DNA from: Verrucomicrobiia bacterium
Lineage (GTDB): Bacteria > Verrucomicrobiota > Verrucomicrobiia > Limisphaerales > UBA8199
Length of the DNA stretch: 64,000 nt
NCBI GenBank assembly: GCA_035946615.1
Contig: DASYZB010000161.1
Span: forward strand, 6,881-70,880
Direction of reading: 5' to 3'
A program made the translations under genes and the position numbers. Shown in pieces: positions 10,101-17,406 of the stretch; positions within the stretch are counted from its first letter, which is position 1, and each line of letters opens with the position of its first letter. Under the pieces are notes generated by a model that was not told the DNA's origin, searched no databases, and saw only the letters and a list, made by a program, of their open reading frames with translations.

Positions 10101-10943
10101 ACGGCCTGCGGCAGCCTTTTCCTTGAAAGCGGGGTTTTGCAGGCACAGGGCGATGCTGGCGAGCAGGGGCTCGAATCCCTTGCGTTTGTCGAAACACGAG
10201 TCGGCCCCAAAAAGAAAATAAAACCCATGCGGCTCCAGGCCCAGGGCCTCCCGCGCCCTGGCTTTGTCTTCGGGCAGAAAAACATCGGTTTCAATGCCGT
10301 AGGGAATGTGCTCGATCCGGGCCTGGCCAAAGAGGAAACTGCGCCGGGCGCATTCGGCCATCCACCGGCTTGGGGCAACCAGGGTCAGATTGCGAGGGAG
10401 CAAACGGCGCGCAGTGGCCAGGACATTTTGCGTGAGTTGGGCGCTGTTATCTCGAAGCTGAGGGCAAATGGCGCAGGAAGATTCAAACGCGGCGCAACCG
10501 GCCGAGTAATGGCAGCCGCCTGTGAAGGCGCGCTGGTCGTGGAGGGTCCAGACCGTGGGTTTGCCCAATTGATGCAGCCGCGCGATGGTCTCCGGCGAGA
10601 GCAATTCGGAGACCCAGTGCAGGTTCAGCACGTCGGCTTCTTGCACTAGCGGGTGGACCGATAGATCGTAGCCAGGGTAGGGGAGAGAAAAGTAAGTGTT
10701 GGAAATGTCCGTGCGGTTTGTCTCGATTAAGGTCCTGCGCGCCTGGTCCAACTGCGCCAGATACGCGCGATGCCCCGGGCTATCTTCAATGTTGGCTTGA
10801 CACACCGCCGGTTCGGCTGACTTTCGATGCTTCGTCAGCATCGCGGATTCGTGGCCGAGATGCAGCAAGCCTTTGTGCAAGCGCCAGGCGGCCCGGGCAG
10901 CCCCTCCCTGGATGTCATAGGTGCTTAGAATGACCGAACGCAT
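7185..10943 (-). CDS. Three-domain glycosyltransferase (GT4 - GT2 - GT4 fusion), 1252 aa
   Basis: Domain 1 (aa ~1-430) has [16 protein letters not shown] and [35 protein letters not shown], which are GT4/GT1 motifs. Domain 2 (aa ~510-760) has [44 protein letters not shown] and WLNSDD, which are GT2 motifs. Domain 3 (aa ~770-1170) has [37 protein letters not shown], a GT4/GT1 motif. Confidence 0.85.
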   Translation of the reverse strand: [1252 protein letters not shown]

Positions 10944-11100
10944 CGTATCGAGATTCTGTTAAAATCAGGCAAACCAACGCCAGGAAGCTGTGCTTCATCG
11001 GACACAGCACCGAAATGAACGGCTTCCAAAACATGGAACCAAAGCGCCAGAGGGCTGGCGCAGTCCAAGACGCTAGCGCGCGGACCAGGAACGTGGGGTT

Positions 11101-13014
11101 TCATTTTTCTGGAGGTTTAATCGCCTCCATAAACAACGAATCGGGTTTGCGGGTCGAGCCTTGTTCGGTCACATCGAGCAGAAAAGAATTCAATTCCGCT
11201 ATGCGCGACTGATTGGCCGCGCACACCTGGATGTCTGCAAAGCCGGCCTTGCGCAAAAGGTTACCCAGCGAAAAGCGATCGTACATCCATTTATGCGCCT
11301 CACCACCCTGCCGGAATTTACCGGTAGTTAGGGCATCCGCTGCTCCCTTGGGCGGGTCTGGCAGCGGAACGGCGCCTGGAGCGCGGAGACGCTGAAGGAC
11401 GTTGCGCGCCTCTTGCCCCATGCGTTGGAGAACAAACTCTTCGGCAGGCATCGGGTTCTGCTTCCAATATTCGAGCATCTCACCTCCGCTCCGTTCACGC
11501 ACCATCTGGTCGAGCAGTTCCAGCGTCATCCATTCATACCGCGAGGCGGCCTGCGGCTCGCCAGCCGCAGCGGCTTCAAGATACTTTAAATAAAGCCGGG
11601 CTATAGTTTCTAGGTCGGGGACTGCGATTCGGATCACCCCGCCGGAGGCGAGAACGCGCCGGCATTCTTGCAGAAAGGGCAGCGCCTGCTGGTGCGGCAG
11701 GTGCTCCAGCAAATGCGAGTGATACACCGCCTGGAACTCGCCATCCTTGAACGGCAGCGGGTTTTGAACGTCCAGGCGCAGAACAGTGGGATCGGTTGGA
11801 GCCAGGTCCATGTTGACCCAGCCCGGATGGAAACGGGCGCCGCAACCCAGATTCAACAGCGCCTGCTTTCGAGCCCCGATATGGTCTTGAGAGACATGTC
11901 TTGGGACTAAAGGGCTCCCGCTCTGAACTTCTTGGTTATTGCTCTGGTTAAGCAAGGAGTGCTTCGGGCTGACTGCAGCGTCGAGTTTTTTGAGAAAGCC
12001 ATTCGTGCACCAGGTGACATTAAAGCCGAAAAAGTCACAATAATCGGCATCGATTTCATACTCGGCATTATGGCGGTTGAGGAATTCCTTAAGTGCCAGG
12101 TGCGGGCCAGATTTGCCAGTAGCCCCCTCGACGAGGTCGGAAATAATGCCGTCCTCAATAACGATGTATTCGTGCGGCTGCAGCCAGGGGTGAAAGAACC
12201 CAAGCACCGCGCTCGAAGTGGGATAGGAATGATCGGCATCCTCGATGACCAGCCAGGGTCGGGGCAAACCTTGGAGGAACTTGGAGTCCAGCGTCTGGCC
12301 CAGGGCGCGGCCATTGGCTTCCAGAAATGTGACACGGCCATGAGATACGCCCTTCGGCTTTACAATATCCAACGAGTACACATGGCCGTCGATATGGAAG
12401 CTTTCGAGCAAGTCCCCAAACCACAAAGCGCTCCCGCCATCTTTCGAGCCAATCTCAAAAATCGTGCGCGGCTGAAGTTTCCAGAGCAGCAAGGGATACA
12501 AAGCGCAATCGAACGGGTTCTTGAGCATCGGAAGGCCGCGATAGGTATAATTATGCAGCGAATGCTGGATGCTCAACAGCGTCTCGCGCGGCAGGCTGGT
12601 TTGCCAGGACCGTTGTTGCCAATGAGTTTTCCCGGATGCGGGCCGCGCCAGGGCCTCGGACAGGAGCTTGACCCGTTGACCAGCTTGGGCGTGGGTTGGA
12701 TTGTTTGTTAATTCGTCCTGATAGGCCGCCAGGGCCTCTTCATGGCGCCCAACCCGGTCCAGGCAAACCCCCAGCAGAAAGCGGGAACCGGGAATGCGAG
12801 GCGCCTCGGCTAGGAGCTGTTGAACCAGTTTCAATGCCTCCGCTCCTTTATCTGAATCCAGCAGGCCTTGCACTTCGCTCCAACGACCACCGGTGGGTTG
12901 AACCGGCTGGCTGGTCGTTACGGCCACCGCGCCACTCGGCTGCTGAGCCTGGGAGTCCGGACGAACTCTAGAAGGCCGGATGAGCCCTCTGAGCCGCTCA
13001 GCCAAGTGCTTCAT
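11101..13014 (-). CDS. TPR - CmcI-like (cephalosporin hydroxylase family) methyltransferase - class I SAM methyltransferase fusion, 637 aa
   Basis: The N-terminal ~135 aa is TPR-like (ALKLVQQLLAEAPRIPGSRFLLGVCLDRVGRHEEALAAYQDEL). The middle has LLWKLQPRTIFEIGSKDGGSALWFGDLL...WLVIEDADHS, as in CmcI/rhamnosyl O-methyltransferase. The C-terminal part has LLNLGCGARFHPGWVNMDL, SHLLEHLP and GGVIRIAVPD, as in Methyltransf_11/23. Confidence 0.75.
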   Translation of the reverse strand: MKHLAERLRGLIRPSRVRPDSQAQQPSGAVAVTTSQPVQPTGGRWSEVQGLLDSDKGAEALKLVQQLLAEAPRIPGSRFLLGVCLDRVGRHEEALAAYQDELTNNPTHAQAGQRVKLLSEALARPASGKTHWQQRSWQTSLPRETLLSIQHSLHNYTYRGLPMLKNPFDCALYPLLLWKLQPRTIFEIGSKDGGSALWFGDLLESFHIDGHVYSLDIVKPKGVSHGRVTFLEANGRALGQTLDSKFLQGLPRPWLVIEDADHSYPTSSAVLGFFHPWLQPHEYIVIEDGIISDLVEGATGKSGPHLALKEFLNRHNAEYEIDADYCDFFGFNVTWCTNGFLKKLDAAVSPKHSLLNQSNNQEVQSGSPLVPRHVSQDHIGARKQALLNLGCGARFHPGWVNMDLAPTDPTVLRLDVQNPLPFKDGEFQAVYHSHLLEHLPHQQALPFLQECRRVLASGGVIRIAVPDLETIARLYLKYLEAAAAGEPQAASRYEWMTLELLDQMVRERSGGEMLEYWKQNPMPAEEFVLQRMGQEARNVLQRLRAPGAVPLPDPPKGAADALTTGKFRQGGEAHKWMYDRFSLGNLLRKAGFADIQVCAANQSRIAELNSFLLDVTEQGSTRKPDSLFMEAIKPPEK

Positions 13015-13124
13015 TCTACTCAGGATTTATTCAGGACACGTCCCCGACCCACCGGAACCAACTGTCAGCGCCGGCTCCGGATTAGGTTGTTGCGTCCTCG
13101 AATTCGACTTCGCGACGGAACCTT

Positions 13125-13445
13125 TCAATAGCCTAGCTCGGCCTTTCTTGCAGTGGCCGTGGGCAAGGGGTCTTTTTTCTGGACGATTGCCTGCGCCCCG
13201 GAATCTTTTAGGCGGTGGGATTCAGTGGCGTTGAATTCAATATTGGCTTGAAATTCCTGCGGCAGGTCTGCCTCGGCGTAAATGGCCTCGACGGGGCAAG
13301 CGGCCACGCAAGCCGTGCAGTCGATGCAATCCTCCGGGTGAATGACCAATTGATTGTCCATTTCGTAAAAGCAGGCCACCGGACACACTTCCGCGCAGTC
13401 GGTGAACTTGCAGCCCTGACATTTATTCGTAACAACGTGAGCCAT
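13125..13445 (-). CDS. fdxA: 7Fe ferredoxin (3Fe-4S + 4Fe-4S), FdxA type
   Basis: AHVVTNKCQGCKFTDCAEVCPVACFYEMDNQLVIHPEDCIDCTACVAACPVEAIY is nearly colinear with Azotobacter-type ferredoxin I. Confidence 0.9.
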   Translation of the reverse strand: MAHVVTNKCQGCKFTDCAEVCPVACFYEMDNQLVIHPEDCIDCTACVAACPVEAIYAEADLPQEFQANIEFNATESHRLKDSGAQAIVQKKDPLPTATARKAELGY

Positions 13446-13625
13446 ATTTGCTCGATGACGTTCGGTTCTTTTGAGGCGATTTGCAACCCATTTTTCGGGC
13501 CTTTAGAGCTGCGGGCCGTAAAGAGGGCAACAGCGTCGCGCCGCCCCCCCCGCCCGGCAACGGCCAGAGGCCTTGGCGGCCTTGGCAAGCCCTGCCACCG
13601 AACCCACCACAACTGAACCAGGTTT

Positions 13626-14573
13626 TTAGCCCCAGGAAAAGAATTTCCGACGCTTTCCGGGGTTTTCCAGGGAAGCCGCCTCACTGGAGACCGAGCCGGG
13701 TGATATGGAACCGAAAACGGTGCGCTGGCTGTAATCATCTGCCAGATGATCGCGGACCATGGTAGCCGGGTGCGAAAGGGGAAAATCCATCGCGCGGGCG
13801 GGCAGGTTAGCAAGCGGGCTGGCTGGATCGGTGGTGTGAGTCGAGCCGGGCCCGAAACCGATATTGCTGACGAGGTTCGATTTGGGAATGGCTGTCAACA
13901 GGTTCTGTGACCAGCAAGAGAAAGTCCAGCAGAAGGCCCAGGAGTCGATCCGCCGCTCATAAGCGCGGTCAAATGCATCGCTCCAATATCGAGCATGGCC
14001 CGCCTCCGGGAAAAGACCATCGAGCCAGCCGCTCGCCTTTAATTCCGGCCAGGCCGCCATGTCTCCGTCAAACAGCCGCCAAGCCCGGCGCCAGGTCGCC
14101 CAGCCCCAGCAATGGTTAAATCGCGAAAAATAATAGCTGTGTTTGGACGCGCGCCCTGGGGGCTGAAAATTATTTCCCGTTATGACCCCCACGCGACTGT
14201 CTGCTTTGAAATGCTCGAGCAATTCCGTGCAAAAGAGAAAAAAGCTGGAGTCCGGGATGCAATCGTCTTCGAGGATGATGGCCTCATCGACTTGCTGGAA
14301 CGCCCAGGTCAAGCCGGAGGAGACGCGCCGGCGCAAACCCAGATTCTGTGGGGCGTAGTTGCGGGAGACCTCAGCGGGCCAGTCCACGCCCTTATCGAGC
14401 AAGGCCCGAACCCTCGCACAGGCCTGGGCATCCGCCGGGTGGCCTGCCCTTGGCCCGTCGGCCACCAGGAGCAGGCGCGAGGGTTGAGCAAGCCGGAGCG
14501 CATCGAGGACCTTTTGCGTCAGGGCTGGCCGGTTAAAGGCGAGCAAAACAACGGGAGCAGTGACAGCGGGCAT
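13626..14573 (-). CDS. GT-A fold glycosyltransferase (GT2-like)
   Basis: VVLLAFNRPALTQKVLDALRLAQPSRLLLVADGPR plus the DXD-like AIILEDDCIPD. A start at ATG 14573 leaves a 7-nt gap to the upstream gene. The alternative ATG 14615 would overlap that gene by 35 nt. Confidence 0.7.
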   Translation of the reverse strand: MPAVTAPVVLLAFNRPALTQKVLDALRLAQPSRLLLVADGPRAGHPADAQACARVRALLDKGVDWPAEVSRNYAPQNLGLRRRVSSGLTWAFQQVDEAIILEDDCIPDSSFFLFCTELLEHFKADSRVGVITGNNFQPPGRASKHSYYFSRFNHCWGWATWRRAWRLFDGDMAAWPELKASGWLDGLFPEAGHARYWSDAFDRAYERRIDSWAFCWTFSCWSQNLLTAIPKSNLVSNIGFGPGSTHTTDPASPLANLPARAMDFPLSHPATMVRDHLADDYSQRTVFGSISPGSVSSEAASLENPGKRRKFFSWG

Positions 14574-14580
14574 GGTTAGT

Positions 14581-15234
14581 TTAATAAGCTTTTGGCGGGA
14601 GCGGTCTGAAGGCATCCACGATAAGGGAAGTGTAACTCAGCGAGCCATCGCTGTTGCGCGGGTCGTACCGCTTCGAGCGGGAGACATGGCCATCTGCAGG
14701 AGACCATTCGGTAAAGTGAAAGACCGGTTTCTCATCCCAATATTCCAAAAGCACCACTTCAAAACCGGCGGCGCGCAGCATGGCCGGCAGGAGTCTGTAA
14801 TCGTACAGCACTTTATGATCATCAGCGCCCGGGCCGGTTCCACCGGGCCGGACATGCTCCCGATAGGCGGGCGCCGGGTGCAATCCGTCCGGCACCGCAA
14901 GCCGCAGCCTGCCTCCGGGTTTCAGAAACCTGAAACAATTCCGGTTGGCGACGCCCGCCTGCTCGAGCGAAAGGTGCTCCCAAACGTGTTCGGCCAGCAG
15001 GCTGTCGATTTTGCGTCTGCCAAAAATCTCCTTCCACTGCCATTCTTGAGTCGCGTCCAGAATGTCAATGTCGGTGTCTATCCAGCCCTCCTGTTTCCTG
15101 GGACCGGCCCCGAGAATCACCCGAAGCGGGTCTGCGCCACGCGCAAGCCCGGCAAGCTCGCGGCGCCTCACATCGGTTGCGGCGCGCGGCTGAAATCCCA
15201 GCTTCTGTCGGGCTGCTCGCAGAAAGGCAATCAT
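14581..15234 (-). CDS. Class I SAM-dependent methyltransferase
   Basis: EHVWEHLSLEQAGVANRNCFRFLKPGGRLRLAVPD is the Methyltransf_11-type post-I/II region. It shares a 4-nt overlap with the upstream FkbM gene. Confidence 0.7.
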   Translation of the reverse strand: MIAFLRAARQKLGFQPRAATDVRRRELAGLARGADPLRVILGAGPRKQEGWIDTDIDILDATQEWQWKEIFGRRKIDSLLAEHVWEHLSLEQAGVANRNCFRFLKPGGRLRLAVPDGLHPAPAYREHVRPGGTGPGADDHKVLYDYRLLPAMLRAAGFEVVLLEYWDEKPVFHFTEWSPADGHVSRSKRYDPRNSDGSLSYTSLIVDAFRPLPPKAY

Positions 15235-15905
15235 CCCCGTTTACTCCGATAGAGCACATCATGGTGCGATAATACAGCCACCGGCTCGTACCACGGTTGG
15301 AGGAACGAATCGATCTCGTCGCGAAAGCGCGCCTCGATGAGCATCTGCGCCGGTTTGTAGCGGCCAAAATCCAATCCTTGCAAGGCTTGAAGTTCGAACC
15401 CTTCGACATCGAGGGATAGAAAATCGATGCGTTTGACCCCGTGCTGGTCGAGCACGGAGGTAAGCGTCCGGGCGTGGGCCGTCAGCTCGTAGGAGGTGAT
15501 CTGCTGGACCTGGCAGCCGCGCCGGACATGTTCCAAATCGCCAGTCTCGGATTTCATGGCGCCCTTGACGAGGGACATCATGTTGCAAAAATGCATCGGA
15601 ACCTGGGCTTGGTCATAGTGGAATGGAACGAGAGCGCAATTCTCCACCAGGCAACGCGGCCGGTGGCGGCGGCATTGCGCGGCCAGCTCGGGGATTGGCT
15701 CGATGAGTAGCCCGCGCCAGCCCAGGTAACGCTCGAAAAAGAGGGTGTTACTGTACGTCACGCCGTCATTAGCCCCCGCTTCTATAAAAAATCCATTTCT
15801 GAAATTGAGGAACGGCTTTAGCTTCAAATCCAATTCATCCAGAGCGAACGACCGCTCCGGTTCAGCGGGGCGATTCGAGGAGATCAGGCGTTTGAGCCAG
15901 TTCAT
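15231..15905 (-). CDS. FkbM family methyltransferase
   Basis: FIEAGANDGVTYSNTLFFERYLGWRGLLIEP and IDFLSLDVEGFELQALQG are FkbM hallmarks. Confidence 0.8.
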   Translation of the reverse strand: MNWLKRLISSNRPAEPERSFALDELDLKLKPFLNFRNGFFIEAGANDGVTYSNTLFFERYLGWRGLLIEPIPELAAQCRRHRPRCLVENCALVPFHYDQAQVPMHFCNMMSLVKGAMKSETGDLEHVRRGCQVQQITSYELTAHARTLTSVLDQHGVKRIDFLSLDVEGFELQALQGLDFGRYKPAQMLIEARFRDEIDSFLQPWYEPVAVLSHHDVLYRSKRG

Positions 15906-15909
15906 ATTT

Positions 15910-16635
15910 TCAGAGCCTGTGCCAGGCCCACGTCCGCCAAAAAAAATTCAGATACGGCCCCGGCCCTGAGAAGTCTCTCTTTCTCCAGGCCGGGGGGCGA
16001 AGCGCAGCGGCTGCCCGATGATAATGCTCCCGCTCCGTATTATCCAGCAGTAGCCAGCCGCCCCGTCGCAGCTTGGGGGCCGCTCGCGTGATGCAGGAAG
16101 GCCGGGCCCGGCCATCGACAAGAATGAAATCAAAGTAACTGTCCGGCCATGAATCGATTCTCGAAACATAGTTCCGAAAGCTTTTGCCCCGGTAACACTC
16201 GGCGCTGGACAGGCACAAAGCCGGGTCCGCAGGGTCATCGACCAGCCCTGCAAGGGCGGGTTCTGGTTCTACAAGCTCAAGCCGGATATTGCGGACGCCT
16301 CGTTGGGCCAGCGTTTCCCGCACTTTTGCCGCCCAGGCCGGATCGTGCTCGGTTGAGACTATTTCGCCGGCGCGCTGGGCAAAAAAGAGAGTCGAACCGC
16401 CGGAGCCGTATTCGAATACAACCATCTGTGGAGTCAACCGGCGTCGAAGAAAAGCGATGGCCGGGAAAGTGATCCACGGTTGCCGGTCCGCCAAGGGACT
16501 GGCCTGAGGCCGCTGCGCGCGTTGCCAGGCCGGAAAAAACCTCAGCAACGCCCAAGCCGAAGGGCCGCCCTGGGAATGCCGGCGCAGCTTAGCAGCTTCA
16601 TCGAAAAACAGGCGCAGCCCTGCCAAAGAAGGCAT
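15910..16635 (-). CDS. Class I SAM-dependent methyltransferase-like protein
   Basis: VVFEYGSGGSTLFFAQRAGEIVSTEHDPAW is a glycine-rich SAM loop followed by an acidic residue. FDFILVDGRARP and GGWLLLDN match O-methyltransferase-type folds. Confidence 0.6.
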   Translation of the reverse strand: MPSLAGLRLFFDEAAKLRRHSQGGPSAWALLRFFPAWQRAQRPQASPLADRQPWITFPAIAFLRRRLTPQMVVFEYGSGGSTLFFAQRAGEIVSTEHDPAWAAKVRETLAQRGVRNIRLELVEPEPALAGLVDDPADPALCLSSAECYRGKSFRNYVSRIDSWPDSYFDFILVDGRARPSCITRAAPKLRRGGWLLLDNTEREHYHRAAAALRPPAWRKRDFSGPGPYLNFFWRTWAWHRL

Positions 16636-16698
16636 GGCCGCAAAATGGCCCTTTCAGCCGAGATGATCAAGTTGGATAACCCCGTCAGGCCGTTGAGT

Positions 16699-17253
16699 TC
16701 AGGGCCCAATGCGATTGCCGGTTGAAAACGAGCCGTAATACACTGCCCCTAGTTCGGGATAAGCAAACTGGAAAATCCCCGAGAAATGGTCATTAACCAG
16801 GTTGCCATTGGAATCGAATTGCGAGTGCTCGCCGCCAACGATCGAGCCAATCGGGCCCGAGTGGTATTCATCGTAAAGAAATGCCTGCCGTACGACGATG
16901 CCGAAGCTGGGATTGCCGATTTCCGTATAGCCGGAGGTTGAGTCTCCCGCGACCATCTGTATCACGTCGGAAACAAAAGCGCCGTTGGAAGCCCAAACCA
17001 CGGCTGTATCGCGCGCCGCTGGCCGGTAAACAAAAACGAGCTTGGAAGGATCAATGCCATTATCACGCGCAATCTTATTGACAAAAGATTGTTCAGTGAA
17101 CGAGCCGACAGTGACCGATCCGTTTGAGTTCGTAGTAAAGTAAGTGCCGCGCCAAAAGAGTTGATAATTTTGCGCTTTGGCCGATGGGACCGCAGCACAA
17201 CCAATCAAGACGACAGCTAAGAGCATCTGCATTTTCATATTTAGTGTGTACAT
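16699..17253 (-). CDS. Small secreted protein of unknown function
   Basis: The start is ATG 17253 (MYTLNMKMQMLLAVVLIGCAAVPSAKAQ), giving a clear signal peptide with an AKA-Q cleavage site. The mature ~155 aa is Gly/Ser/Asn-rich. The upstream extension of the track ORF to 17358 looks non-coding. Confidence 0.6.
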   Translation of the reverse strand: MYTLNMKMQMLLAVVLIGCAAVPSAKAQNYQLFWRGTYFTTNSNGSVTVGSFTEQSFVNKIARDNGIDPSKLVFVYRPAARDTAVVWASNGAFVSDVIQMVAGDSTSGYTEIGNPSFGIVVRQAFLYDEYHSGPIGSIVGGEHSQFDSNGNLVNDHFSGIFQFAYPELGAVYYGSFSTGNRIGP

Positions 17254-17406
17254 GTTTGTTCGTTTATCGCCCGGTTTTGTTCGGGGAGAGCTTAGGCGCA
17301 TCCAGACACCCATCCAATGGGGCGCTTTCCTCCTCGAATCAAAGAAAAGTCCCCACAAGATTTAGGCTCGACTGGATGCGCGCCCACCCGGCACATTCGA
17401 TAAAAC

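Noticed and set aside
17256-17290. Two TGTTC pentamers upstream of recN and the secreted-protein gene, as a possible LexA tandem site.
   Set aside because: The spacing (17 nt) does not fit any LexA motif I recall. The pentamers sit next to the start of the minus-strand secreted-protein gene, about 120 nt from recN.
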